DNA from: an uncultured Poribacteria bacterium
GTDB lineage: Bacteria > Poribacteria > WGA-4E > WGA-3G
DNA length: 64,000 bases
Direction: 5' to 3'
Assembly (NCBI GenBank): GCA_958296135.2
Contig: CATQHZ020000001.1
Span: forward strand, 1,888,001-1,952,000
Position 1 is the first letter of the stretch. Every line of letters begins with the position of its first letter. The notes below the pieces were generated by a model. It ran no database searches and was not told the origin of the DNA. It worked only from the letters and a program-made list of their open reading frames with translations. Shown one piece after another: positions 18,765 to 28,566 of the stretch. The translations under genes were made by a program, and so were the position numbers.

Positions 18765-20813
18765 TTACGTACCCAGCATTTCCACGAACGCGTCCACTTC
18801 TGTTGTCGGAACTTGACAAGCATAATTCTCACAGACATAAGCCATCGTGCCGTTATCTACCTGCGTTTTGCCAGCAAGGAGCGGTAATTCCGACGAAGAG
18901 TCAGTCGCGGCGACAATTTTGTTCGGTAAATACTGTCCATGCAACGCCGTTAACATCGCGTCTGGTGCCTGTCCTACAATCGCAATCTCTTTCGGGGTTG
19001 ACAGTAGGAACGCTAGTTCACAAAGCAGCTGTCCGGAACCTGAGGGCATCGCCTCCATCTGATGGAAGTAGAGTTTCAGCGTTTCCACCGCTTTTTCGTG
19101 GAATTCGGGTTTATCTAAGTGTTTGGCAAGCCGCAATAGGCTGTGAATCGCCATGGAGGCACCAGATGGCGTGGCACCGTCGTAAGCCGATTTGGATTGC
19201 ACGATAAGCGTCTCGTGTGCTTTCCCAGTGAAGTAGAAGCCACCGCCGCTCTCATCGCCGAACTGCTCAATCATGAGATGTGCAAGGCGTTCGGCTTCGG
19301 CAAGCCAGCGCGGTTCAAAACTTGCCTCGTAAAGCGCAACGAGGCCGGCGATAAAATAGGAATAATCCTCAAGGTAAGCGTTGAGGTGGCTTTTGCCAGC
19401 ACGATACGTGCGCAACAAGAGGCCGTTCTCTTGTGAGAGCGTCGTCAAGACGAACTCGGCGGATTTTTCGCACGCCGTAAGGTATTCAGATTTACCCGTG
19501 AGTTGGTAACCCATCGCCATGCCGCGGAGCATGAGCCCATTCCAACTGGTCAGGATTTTGTCGTCCAGCCCGGGTTTAATCCGTCTCTCTCTGGCAGCAA
19601 AGAGTTTCTGCTTGCCATCGGCGAGAATCGTCTCCAACTCACTCAATTCCATCCGCAGTTTTCCGGCGAAAATGTCCTCTGGCGTTTGGACGTGGAGGAT
19701 ATTTTCCCCTTCAAAGTTACCCTGCGGCGTAATGTCGTAAAACTCACAGAAGATAGCCGAGTTCTCTTCGCCGATGATGTCTTCCACTTCGGAGGGCTCC
19801 CAGACAAAGAACTTGCCTTCCACGCCTTCGCTATCAGCGTCTTGCGTGGAATAAAAGCCGCCGTTTTCCGCGTCATACATCTCCCGCAGCACGTAATCAA
19901 GCGTATCCGTTGCGATGTCGCGATAGAACGGTTTCTGCGTCGCTTGATACGCCTCAAAATAGGCGACGACAAGTTGCGAGTTATCGTAAAGCATCTTCTC
20001 AAAGTGCGGGACGAGCCAGCGTGCATCGGTGGCATAGCGGTGGAAGCCGCCGCCAACCTGGTCATACATACCGCCGCGTGCCATCTTCTCCAACGTCAAT
20101 TCAACCATTTCCAAAGCCTGCAGGGCACCGCTGTGGTGCCAATAGCGGAGGAGGAACGGCAATCCCATGCTCGGTGGGAACTTGGGCGCAGTGCCGAAAC
20201 CGCCATCCTGCGAATCAAACTGCGAACGGTAGTGTTGAAAGGCGTTCTCCATCAAATGCTCAGTGAGCTCATGCTCGTGCGGGTCGACCGCCCTACTTAC
20301 CTGCGCGAGGTAGTCTGTAATCTGGTCTGCCTGCTGTAGCACCTGTGCATTTTGCTCGCGAAACGCTTCCGCGACAGCGTGCATCACCTTCGGGAATCCG
20401 GGCCTGCCGTACCGGTCTGTGGGTGGGTAATAGGTGCCGCCGTAGAAGGGTTTGAGTTCTGGCGTGAGGAAAACGGTCATCGGCCAGCCACCGGTGCGCG
20501 TCATGAACTGAACAGCGTTCATGTAAATTTCGTCTAAATCGGGACGTTCCTCCCGGTCCACCTTGATATTGACGAAAAGTTCGTTCATGACTGCGGCGAT
20601 GTCCTCATTTTCAAAGGATTCGCGTTCCATGACGTGGCACCAGTGGCAGGCAGAGTAGCCGATGCTCAACAGGATGGGTTTATTCTCGCGCTTGGCGTGT
20701 TCCAACGCCTCTTCGCCCCACGGATACCAGTCGACAGGATTGTGTGCGTGCTGGAGGAGGTAGGGGCTAGTCTCATGGATGAGGCGGTTGGTGTGTTTGT
20801 GAGTATCGTTCAT
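18765..20813 (-). CDS. Thioredoxin-domain protein, YyaL/SSP411 (DUF255) family
   Basis: [38 protein letters not shown]. Confidence 0.95.
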   Translation of the reverse strand: MNDTHKHTNRLIHETSPYLLQHAHNPVDWYPWGEEALEHAKRENKPILLSIGYSACHWCHVMERESFENEDIAAVMNELFVNIKVDREERPDLDEIYMNAVQFMTRTGGWPMTVFLTPELKPFYGGTYYPPTDRYGRPGFPKVMHAVAEAFREQNAQVLQQADQITDYLAQVSRAVDPHEHELTEHLMENAFQHYRSQFDSQDGGFGTAPKFPPSMGLPFLLRYWHHSGALQALEMVELTLEKMARGGMYDQVGGGFHRYATDARWLVPHFEKMLYDNSQLVVAYFEAYQATQKPFYRDIATDTLDYVLREMYDAENGGFYSTQDADSEGVEGKFFVWEPSEVEDIIGEENSAIFCEFYDITPQGNFEGENILHVQTPEDIFAGKLRMELSELETILADGKQKLFAARERRIKPGLDDKILTSWNGLMLRGMAMGYQLTGKSEYLTACEKSAEFVLTTLSQENGLLLRTYRAGKSHLNAYLEDYSYFIAGLVALYEASFEPRWLAEAERLAHLMIEQFGDESGGGFYFTGKAHETLIVQSKSAYDGATPSGASMAIHSLLRLAKHLDKPEFHEKAVETLKLYFHQMEAMPSGSGQLLCELAFLLSTPKEIAIVGQAPDAMLTALHGQYLPNKIVAATDSSSELPLLAGKTQVDNGTMAYVCENYACQVPTTEVDAFVEMLGT

Positions 20814-21149
20814 TCCGGTTTTTCTCCAACATGTAGGTGCTTTTTGTCGTCATGAGAATCTCTCCGCAAACGCCCAGGCCCCTTTCGTTTTCCATTTTCG
20901 AGCGTTGAAGGGTAAGGGGTTTTTGCTAGGGCGTTTCTTCAACTGTCTTTCTCCGCCCGACACGCAGCGCAAACGGACAGTTCTAGCAATCTGTCCTTAC
21001 CCTTCCTGCGAGAACTGAATTTTCCTGGCAAATGCTGTCTTCTTTGCCAAAATCAAAAACGTAGATATCAACAACGTCGATATCGGGTTACGCAGAGAAA
21101 CATACCTGCACAACACCCCTAATCGAACGCTTTGCGCCAGTACGAAAAA

Positions 21150-21221
21150 TAGCGCTACGGGGATTCGAACCCCGGTTTGATGGCTGAGAACCATCCGTCC
21201 TGACCCCTAGACGATAGCGCC
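21150..21221 (-). tRNA. tRNA-Glu (CTC)
   Basis: Cloverleaf GGCGCTA...TAGCGCT-A; anticodon arm GATGG-TTCTCAG-CCATC; GGTTCGAATCC T-arm; CCA not encoded. Confidence 0.95.
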
Positions 21222-21228
21222 ACAAAAA

Positions 21229-21299
21229 CTGCCCGGGAAGGACTCGAACCTTCACTACGTGGTCCAGAGCCACGCGTCCTACCATTAGACGACCGGGCA
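21229..21299 (-). tRNA. tRNA-Gln (CTG)
   Basis: TGCCCGG...CCGGGCA-G with U1-A72; anticodon arm CGTGG-CTCTGGA-CCACG; GGTTCGAGTCC; CCA not encoded. Confidence 0.95.
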
Positions 21300-21406
21300 A
21301 TTGTCGTTAATTTGGTTAAATAAAACTAAACCGAAAACCTCCGACGCGATTGACGACACCGCGTTATCTCGCCGGAAATCGGCCACTGCTGCATCATACA
21401 GTTATA

Positions 21407-21435
21407 ATTATACCCTAATAATTCCCGTTTGTCAA
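21407..21435 (-). promoter_or_regulatory. Consensus sigma70 promoter of the tRNA-Gln/Glu operon
   Basis: TTGACA-17 nt-TATAAT. Confidence 0.85.
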
Positions 21436-21500
21436 ATTTTTTTGCCGTTTCTATAAACATTGCATGCTCACAGCGTTTTAAAGGAATGGTGCCTTTTAGA

Positions 21501-22982
21501 TTACGGTTGCAATGCAATGTTGGAAAACGTATAGAAAATGTTCAGAAATCCGATGAGCACCGTCGGCACAACGAAGACGCTCAGCAACGCGAACGTGCCG
21601 GTAGAGAAGGAGACGCGCTCCGTTTCCGTATCTTCCGTGCTCTCCAGATACATCGCCTTGACAATGCGGGCGTAGTAGTAAAGCGACACCACGCTGTTGA
21701 GTAATCCGACAAACGCTAGCCAATACAGCCCTTTGTCAATGACAGCGGTAAACAACACCCATTTGCCAAAGAAACCGGCGAACGGCGGAATGCCGGTCAG
21801 CGAGAAGAGGAAAATCGCCATCGCACCAGCAACGAGTGGTGCGCGCGACGAAAGCCCGCGATATCCCTCGATCATCTCACTCCCCACCTCGTTAGCAATC
21901 AGCACGACGACGTAGAACGCTCCCAGGTTCATAAAGAGATAGACGACGAGGTAGAAGAGAATTGCCCCGATGCCTTCAGCAGTAAGGAGCACACCGCCCA
22001 TGAGCAGATACCCGCCGTGCGCGATGCTAGAATACGCCAGTAAGCGTTTGACATTCCGCTGCGGGAGCGCGGCGAGGTTCCCCACGGTCATCGTTAGCGC
22101 AGACACAACAGCGAGCATCAGTGTCCAGTCGACAGATTGCATCAGCTCTGAACTCCCGAACCCGGAATAGAAAAACCTGATGAACAGCGCGAACCCGGCC
22201 GATTTTGAGGCAACGGATAAGAACGCCGTTATCGGGATAGGCGCGCCCTCATAAACGTCGGGGGACCACATGTGGAACGGCACCGAGGCGATTTTATAGC
22301 CGACACCCGCTAAAATAAAGGTTATTGAAACAAGCACAGCGAGCGGATATACGTCGCCGGCGTTGAACATCTCGGTAAGTTTCGCGCTAATTTGCCCGAG
22401 GTCGCCCGTGCCAGTCATGCCGAACAGCAGGGAGAGCCCGAATAGCATCGTTCCCGATGCCACTGCGCCATACGTGATGTATTTGAACGCCGCTTCGCTT
22501 GAACGCGGGCTGTGCGTCAAGAACCCAGCGAGAATGTAGGAGGTGAGGCTCACCGTCTCCAACGAGATGAATATCATCAACAGGTTCGTGGAGGAGGCCA
22601 TCAGGAACATGCCGAGGGTGACAGCGAGCAACAGCGCGTAGTATTCGCCCTTGAGCTGCGCATCAAGTTCTTCGGAACGCAGCGAGAAGAGAATCGTCGC
22701 CGCCGTTGCTAACAAGAGGATGATTTTGAAGAAAATGGCGAATCTATCCAGCCGAATCATCCCGAGAAATAGGGATATGGACTCGTTGGAACCGAGCGAA
22801 GCGTGCGTGAAAAGGACTGCCCCGAAGACGCACCCTAAGCCTAGCAGTGAGAGATACGCAACGGCGACACTCTCCCTATTTTTCACCACCAGATCGAGGA
22901 TGATGACAGCGACGGCGAACACCACCAACAGTATCTCCGGGCTAAAATAGAGAAGGCTTTCGATATTTTTTAAGGCTTCCAC
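21501..22982 (-). CDS. nuoN: NADH-quinone oxidoreductase subunit N
   Basis: SSEAAFKY, VPFHMWSPDVYEGAP, KRLLAYSSIAH. Confidence 0.95.
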   Translation of the reverse strand: MEALKNIESLLYFSPEILLVVFAVAVIILDLVVKNRESVAVAYLSLLGLGCVFGAVLFTHASLGSNESISLFLGMIRLDRFAIFFKIILLLATAATILFSLRSEELDAQLKGEYYALLLAVTLGMFLMASSTNLLMIFISLETVSLTSYILAGFLTHSPRSSEAAFKYITYGAVASGTMLFGLSLLFGMTGTGDLGQISAKLTEMFNAGDVYPLAVLVSITFILAGVGYKIASVPFHMWSPDVYEGAPIPITAFLSVASKSAGFALFIRFFYSGFGSSELMQSVDWTLMLAVVSALTMTVGNLAALPQRNVKRLLAYSSIAHGGYLLMGGVLLTAEGIGAILFYLVVYLFMNLGAFYVVVLIANEVGSEMIEGYRGLSSRAPLVAGAMAIFLFSLTGIPPFAGFFGKWVLFTAVIDKGLYWLAFVGLLNSVVSLYYYARIVKAMYLESTEDTETERVSFSTGTFALLSVFVVPTVLIGFLNIFYTFSNIALQP

Positions 22983-22991
22983 ACCGTCCTC

Positions 22992-24512
22992 CTATAGATT
23001 CGCCAGCGCGTTCACTGTGTCTACGAGTTTCGTCACGGATTCGCTGAACATCTCAATCGCGAAACCGGGCCAGATGCCGAGGACAATAGTCAAGATGCCG
23101 AGGGGCACCAGCGTCAAGATTTCGCGCCCGTTAATTTCCGGCATCGACTCATATTTGGGGTTGAGTTTGCCCAAGAAGACGCGCTGAAGCGTCCAGAGGA
23201 AATACGCCGCCCCGACAACGATGCCTATCGTTGACAAAATCGTCAGCATCTTAAATTTGTCGTAAGCCCCGAGCAGGGAAAGTGCCTCTCCGACAAACCC
23301 GCTGAGGCCTGGCAATCCCAAAGATGCCATGAACGCCAATGTCGTGATGCCGGTATAGATAGGCATTCTGCTGCCCAAACCGCCAAAACCGTTAATCTCG
23401 CGGTGGTGTGCCCTATCGTAGAGAACACCAACGAGCAGGAAGAGCATCGCGCTGATAACACCGTGGTTAAACATCTGGAGAATCGCGCCGGTTACCCCTG
23501 CTTCGTTCCGGGCAGAAAGCCCTAGAATGACGAAACCCATGTGCCCGATACTGGAATACGCTACCAGTTTCTTAAAATCGGTTTGTGCGAGCGCGCAGAA
23601 TGAGCCGTAGACAATATTAATGAAGCCGAGCAGTGCGAGGCTGTTGCCCCATGTGCCAAGTCCATTGCAGAAAAAGTCCATGCCTTGCGGGAGCATCGCC
23701 ATGTTCACCCGCACCAACCCGTAAGTTCCCATCTTCAACAAGATGCCTGCGAGGATAACGCTGATTGCAGTCGGTGCCTCAACGTGCGCATCGGGGAGCC
23801 AGGTATGGAACGGAAAGATTGGCACTTTCACAGCGAATCCGATAAAGAAGCCGAGGAATACCCAAATCTGGAAATTCTGATCGGCGAGGGCGTGCCCTGC
23901 TGTGGAGGCGAGCGTAATGAGCGTCGGGATATCAAACGTTCGCGCGCCCGCGGGTCCGCTCTTGAGGTAAACCGCTATCATGGCAACCAGCATCAACACA
24001 CTGCCGAAGAGTGTATAGAGGAAAAACTTAATCGCGGCGTATTCGCGGCGCGGTCCGCCCCACACGCCGATGAGGAAATACATCGGTAACAGCGTCAGTT
24101 CAAAGAAGACATAGAAGAGGAACAAATCCAAGGCGGCGAAAAAGCCGAGCATCCCTGTTTCCAGCAGCAGGAACAACGCCATGTACGCCTTGAGCCCCTT
24201 CTCTATGTTCCGCCACGAGGCGAGCACACAGATGGGCCCTAAGAGCGCGGTGAGGAGCAGGAGCGTGACGCTGAGGCCATCAATGCCGATATGATAACGG
24301 ATGTTGAACGCCGAGATCCAAGCGACATCCAATTCATACTGCGTTCCAGAACTGCCTCTGTCATACGATACGAACAAGTAGACAGCGAGCAGGAGCGGCA
24401 CGAACGTAAAAAAGAGCGTGACGCGTTTTATTAACTCCTCGGACTCGCGCGGTAAAAGTAAAACAACAATCATCCCGAGCAACGGGACAAAAATCATGAG
24501 GGACAATAACAT
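22992..24512 (-). CDS. nuoM: NADH-quinone oxidoreductase subunit M
   Basis: KFFLYT, PFHTWLPDAHVEAPT, LLKMGTYG. Confidence 0.95.
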   Translation of the reverse strand: MLLSLMIFVPLLGMIVVLLLPRESEELIKRVTLFFTFVPLLLAVYLFVSYDRGSSGTQYELDVAWISAFNIRYHIGIDGLSVTLLLLTALLGPICVLASWRNIEKGLKAYMALFLLLETGMLGFFAALDLFLFYVFFELTLLPMYFLIGVWGGPRREYAAIKFFLYTLFGSVLMLVAMIAVYLKSGPAGARTFDIPTLITLASTAGHALADQNFQIWVFLGFFIGFAVKVPIFPFHTWLPDAHVEAPTAISVILAGILLKMGTYGLVRVNMAMLPQGMDFFCNGLGTWGNSLALLGFINIVYGSFCALAQTDFKKLVAYSSIGHMGFVILGLSARNEAGVTGAILQMFNHGVISAMLFLLVGVLYDRAHHREINGFGGLGSRMPIYTGITTLAFMASLGLPGLSGFVGEALSLLGAYDKFKMLTILSTIGIVVGAAYFLWTLQRVFLGKLNPKYESMPEINGREILTLVPLGILTIVLGIWPGFAIEMFSESVTKLVDTVNALANL

Positions 24513-24536
24513 CGAGAGTGAATCCTCCTTATCCCA

Positions 24537-24710
24537 TCATCGGGAAATCAGATAGAGAATGAAGAGCCCGGCTCCGGCAAGGAATGGATAAAGCGTTAAC
24601 CCGATTGTGGCACTCTTGGCCGGATCCGTGGCTGAACGGGGCAAGAGCCACCCGCTCAGGAAGCCAGCGAACGGTGCTAAAAACTTCAGTATTAACGACA
24701 TTAGAACCAT
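24537..24710 (-). CDS. Small hydrophobic two-TM protein (57 aa) between nuoL and nuoM, absent from the ORF track
   Basis: Translates as MVLMSLILKFLAPFAGFLSGWLLPRSATDPAKSATIGLTLYPFLAGAGLFILYLISR*; fills the gap in operon orientation; TAAGGA upstream (alternative start ATG 24701). Confidence 0.7.
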   Translation of the reverse strand: MVLMSLILKFLAPFAGFLSGWLLPRSATDPAKSATIGLTLYPFLAGAGLFILYLISR

Positions 24711-24722
24711 CCTTATCCAAGC

Positions 24723-26939
24723 CTACAAAGCCCGGAAAACCAAGATTAACACGACAATACCGGCGAGAACGATGAGCAGATAGGTCTGGATTGCACCGGT
24801 TTGGATTCGGCGAATTCTGCCGCCCATTGCCCACGTAACCTGTGCGACGCGATTGACAAGGCCGTCAACGACACGGTTATCAAAAAAGCCTGTAAAAGCG
24901 GCGAGAATATCGCGCGTCACACGGCCGATGCCATTAACGATGCCATCAACGACAGTACCATCAAATTGCGCGAAGAGCCGCGCCTTCCATACCGTGAGTG
25001 CCACCAGCACGCCGTTATAGAACTCGTCAAAGTAGTATTTACGCCAGAACAGGTGATAGAGTGGCCGGAACGTCGTTGCAACCGATTCGGCAGAGAGTGT
25101 GCGTCTGTGGTAAAACAGCCACGAAAGCAGTATCCCTAATCCCGCAACAATGATTGAAAGAACCATCGCGATAGTGTGCGCGGGACTGTGGCCGTGATGT
25201 CCTTCGTCGGCGTGTGTGTCGTGCGCGCCTTCCTCCTCAGCCGCCACCGCCTCGGATACACCGAAGAGAGAAAACGTTCCCTTGGTGTCGTTAAAGACAC
25301 CGGCATGCGCGGGTGCGTGAATATGCGGTTGTTTCGGCGGCGTAACGTAAGCATCGTTAAACCATAGGACATTCACAACGGGAAAACTGAGCACTGCCAA
25401 GACGATGAGCGGCACCGTCATCACTTTTGGGGATTCGTGCGCCATGTCGTGCATCTCTTGATTGCGCGGTTCCCCGAAAAACGTCATGAAGATGAGGCGG
25501 AACATGTAAAACGCCGTAATGCCGGCGGCGAAGAGTGCCATCCCGAAAAGGACGTAGTGATGCACGGAGCTCCACTCCATCGCGCGTTCCAGCACGCCGC
25601 CTAAAATCGCATCCTTGCTCCAGAACCCGGAGAAGAGAAACGGTACGCCGGAAATGGACAACGTGGCGATGAGCATCGTAGCGAACGTTATCGGCATTTT
25701 GTGGCGAAGTCCACCCATATTCCGCATATCCTGGTCTGGGGGAATATCGGAGCCGTGAGCGTGGACAAGTTCGCTGTCTCCGTCCTCGTGTGTGTGTTCG
25801 TTCGCATCAGAATCTGCATGCGCGTGTCCGTGCGCGTCATGTTCGTCGTGGCTGTGCGCGTGCATCGCGTGGAAAGCGTGAATGACGCTCCCGGAACCGA
25901 GGAACAGCAAGGCCTTAAAAAAAGCGTGCGTGGTGAGATGAAACAGCCCCGCCACATAACTGCCGACACCAATCCCAAGCATCATATAGCCAAGTTGACT
26001 GACGGTAGAATACGCGAGGACTCGCTTGATGTCAACCCGGACAATCGCAATCGTCGCTGCTACCAACGCGGTGATGCCGCCGATGTAAGCGATAATCAAC
26101 GATGAGGTTTCAGTCAAAATCGGGAACATTCGCGCGGTGAGGTAAACGCCAGCGGCTACCATCGTGGCGGCGTGAATGAGCGCGCTCACGGGAGTCGGGC
26201 CTTCCATCGCATCGGGGAGCCAGGTGTGCAGCGGCACCTGTGCAGATTTTCCGACAGCCCCACAAAAAATCAGGACACCCGCGATGGAGAGCCATACCAT
26301 ATCTCCCGTGCTCAAGTTGGCTGCGAGTGCGAAGATGCCATCTTCTCCGTAAAGTGCCAGCGTGCTGAATTTAGTGAAGAGCATCATCATGCCGATGAAC
26401 ATGCCGATATCGCCGACGCGCGTCGTCAGGAACGCCTTTTTACACGCATTCGCCGCCGAGTCCTTTTCAAACCAGAAACCGATGAGGAGATAGGAACAGA
26501 GCCCCACTAACTCCCAACCGATATAGATGCCGAGCAGGTTATCCGAGACGACTAGGAACAGCATGGAAAACGAGAATAACGAGAGGAAGGCGAAAAATCG
26601 CGGGTACCTCGGGTCGCCGTGCATGTAGCCCATCGAGAAAATATGGACGAGGCTGCTCACGAGGGTGACAACAATCAACATGATTGCTGTCACGCTGTCA
26701 AGGTAAAATCCCATAGAGAAGCTGATTTTTCCGATGGAAATCCACTCAACAGTGTGCGGCTCCGGGTGAGGGACTACCTGTTGCAAAAGCAGGAGCGAAC
26801 AGACAAGCGCGAAGAGCATCGCCGCGGTGGACAGATAGTCCTGCCGGGGGACGCTTCGTCTCGCTAGTGACATGAGCCCGAAGAACGCGAATGCGGCAAG
26901 CGGGCAAAGTAAAATGAGACTGATTAAAGGGACGATCAT
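24723..26939 (-). CDS. nuoL: NADH-quinone oxidoreductase subunit L with His-rich insertions
   Basis: KSAQVPLHTWLPDAMEGPTPVSALIHAATMV, AYSTVSQLGYM. Confidence 0.95.
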   Translation of the reverse strand: MIVPLISLILLCPLAAFAFFGLMSLARRSVPRQDYLSTAAMLFALVCSLLLLQQVVPHPEPHTVEWISIGKISFSMGFYLDSVTAIMLIVVTLVSSLVHIFSMGYMHGDPRYPRFFAFLSLFSFSMLFLVVSDNLLGIYIGWELVGLCSYLLIGFWFEKDSAANACKKAFLTTRVGDIGMFIGMMMLFTKFSTLALYGEDGIFALAANLSTGDMVWLSIAGVLIFCGAVGKSAQVPLHTWLPDAMEGPTPVSALIHAATMVAAGVYLTARMFPILTETSSLIIAYIGGITALVAATIAIVRVDIKRVLAYSTVSQLGYMMLGIGVGSYVAGLFHLTTHAFFKALLFLGSGSVIHAFHAMHAHSHDEHDAHGHAHADSDANEHTHEDGDSELVHAHGSDIPPDQDMRNMGGLRHKMPITFATMLIATLSISGVPFLFSGFWSKDAILGGVLERAMEWSSVHHYVLFGMALFAAGITAFYMFRLIFMTFFGEPRNQEMHDMAHESPKVMTVPLIVLAVLSFPVVNVLWFNDAYVTPPKQPHIHAPAHAGVFNDTKGTFSLFGVSEAVAAEEEGAHDTHADEGHHGHSPAHTIAMVLSIIVAGLGILLSWLFYHRRTLSAESVATTFRPLYHLFWRKYYFDEFYNGVLVALTVWKARLFAQFDGTVVDGIVNGIGRVTRDILAAFTGFFDNRVVDGLVNRVAQVTWAMGGRIRRIQTGAIQTYLLIVLAGIVVLILVFRAL

Positions 26940-26954
26940 AAACCCTTTCCTTTT

Positions 26955-27263
26955 TTAACCTTTTAAGGTATCCACCTCGTTGGGGCGAATGCTACCGAAT
27001 TCGCGGTAGATAGCGAGGATAATCGCCAGAAAGACGGCCGCCTCCGCGGCGGCGAGCACGATGCCAAAAATTGCGATTATCTGGCCATCAATGTTTTCAG
27101 GCGGCGTGACGAAGCGCGAAAACGCCGCAAAATTCAGATTACACGAATTAAGGATGAGCTCGATGCCCATCAAAATGCTGATGGCGTTCCGGCGGGTGAG
27201 CACGGCGAAGATGCCGAGCGTGAACAGCATCGCACTGATGACTAAGTAGTGTTGTAAGGACAT
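26955..27263 (-). CDS. nuoK: NADH-quinone oxidoreductase subunit K
   Basis: RRNAISILMGIELILN, AAAEAAV. Confidence 0.95.
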   Translation of the reverse strand: MSLQHYLVISAMLFTLGIFAVLTRRNAISILMGIELILNSCNLNFAAFSRFVTPPENIDGQIIAIFGIVLAAAEAAVFLAIILAIYREFGSIRPNEVDTLKG

Positions 27264-27303
27264 ATTTTCTATAGACTCCGTGAATCGTGCTCAGAAGATT
27301 CTC

Positions 27304-27822
27304 TTATTCTCGGACTTCCTTCCGGGAAATCAGGGCCGCCCCAATGAGCGCGACTAACAACAATACAGAGACTACCTCAAATGGCAGCAGAAACTGCCCA
27401 TTCAAAATCAGCGTCCCGATGCTCTCCGTTGTGGGTTGAAGTTGCGTGCCATCGTCGGCAACGTTCTTCCACTGTGGCGTATTGGCGATAACAGCTAAGA
27501 GCAGCATCAGCAGGGCTATCGCGACGACTGCGCCAAGTAGGAGCTGCCCGCGTTCAATATGGATGCGCATTTCCAACCGGCCGCTCGTCATCATCACGCC
27601 GAAGAGGATGAGCACGAGAATCCCGCCGACGTAGACAATTACCTGCGTGGCGGCGAGGAAATCTGCCTGCAGAAAAACGTAAAGCCCGGCGACACCGAAC
27701 AGCGTCACCATCAGCGAAAACGCCGCGTGGACGATGTTCCGCACCGTGACGACGACGATGCCAGATGCGACTGTCAACAGCGCGAACCCGTAAAAAATTA
27801 AGGTTTTAAGCGTGAATTCCAT
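27304..27822 (-). CDS. nuoJ: NADH-quinone oxidoreductase subunit J
   Basis: QVIVYVGGILVLILFGVM, LPFEVVS. Confidence 0.95.
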   Translation of the reverse strand: MEFTLKTLIFYGFALLTVASGIVVVTVRNIVHAAFSLMVTLFGVAGLYVFLQADFLAATQVIVYVGGILVLILFGVMMTSGRLEMRIHIERGQLLLGAVVAIALLMLLLAVIANTPQWKNVADDGTQLQPTTESIGTLILNGQFLLPFEVVSVLLLVALIGAALISRKEVRE

Positions 27823-27825
27823 TTG

Positions 27826-28542
27826 TTACCCTGCCGCTGCAGCGTCCTCCGCTTCATCTTTACCGTACATCTCCTGCTTGTCAAAGCGGAAGATGAGCTC
27901 CGTACGGTCGAACGTGGAATACTCCACGCCTTCCAGCGAATCCTTCATCGTGAGGCACTCTGTCGGGCACACCTCGGTACAAAGCCCGCAATACATGCAG
28001 AGGGACATGTCGATGTCAAACTGACCGAGGTAGAAAACGACTTTGTTTCGGGTGACGATACGCGAAACTTCATCGCTTGAAAAGGTTTGGGTGCGGCTCG
28101 TGGCCCCCGATGCTTCAAACCGGTCGGCGACGACTTGCGGCCCTTGGCGCGAGGTGATGTTCGTGACTGTGAACGATTCGCCCGGTTTCACCTTCTCGCT
28201 GCCCTCAATGATGCCGATGACTTCGCGCCCATCTTTGAAATGCACGACGTTCATGCTATCCCAGAGTTGTTCGCCCTTCGGCAGTTTCGTGCCGGTTATC
28301 ATGATGCAATCGACTGGACAAATCATCTCGCATTTTTTGCACCCGATGCAATCCTCGATGCGGTTATAGAGCTGCCCGCGATATCCTTTTGGAATCTCCC
28401 GGACGTTCCGCTTCTTCTCATAATCGTGCTCATACGGGTATTGATGTGTCACTTCCGGTTCAAAGAATTGCCGAATCGTCACCCGCATCCCGACGAGCAC
28501 CGTCCAAACGCCCCTGTAAATGTTTCGTATGTATTTCTGCAT
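27826..28542 (-). CDS. nuoI: NADH-quinone oxidoreductase subunit I with internal insertion
   Basis: THQYP, CIGCKKCEMICP and CMYCGLCTEVCP 4Fe-4S motifs. Confidence 0.9.
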   Translation of the reverse strand: MQKYIRNIYRGVWTVLVGMRVTIRQFFEPEVTHQYPYEHDYEKKRNVREIPKGYRGQLYNRIEDCIGCKKCEMICPVDCIMITGTKLPKGEQLWDSMNVVHFKDGREVIGIIEGSEKVKPGESFTVTNITSRQGPQVVADRFEASGATSRTQTFSSDEVSRIVTRNKVVFYLGQFDIDMSLCMYCGLCTEVCPTECLTMKDSLEGVEYSTFDRTELIFRFDKQEMYGKDEAEDAAAAG

Positions 28543-28566
28543 GATGAAATTCTCCCGGTAAAAATT

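Noticed and set aside
21150-21299. tRNA-anchored integrative element
   Set aside because: I saw no integrase and no duplicated tRNA 3' end in the window
24529-24834. 101-aa ORF in the nuoL-nuoM gap listed in the ORF track
   Set aside because: It overlaps nuoL and has no protein-like features; the 57-aa hydrophobic ORF in another frame fits better
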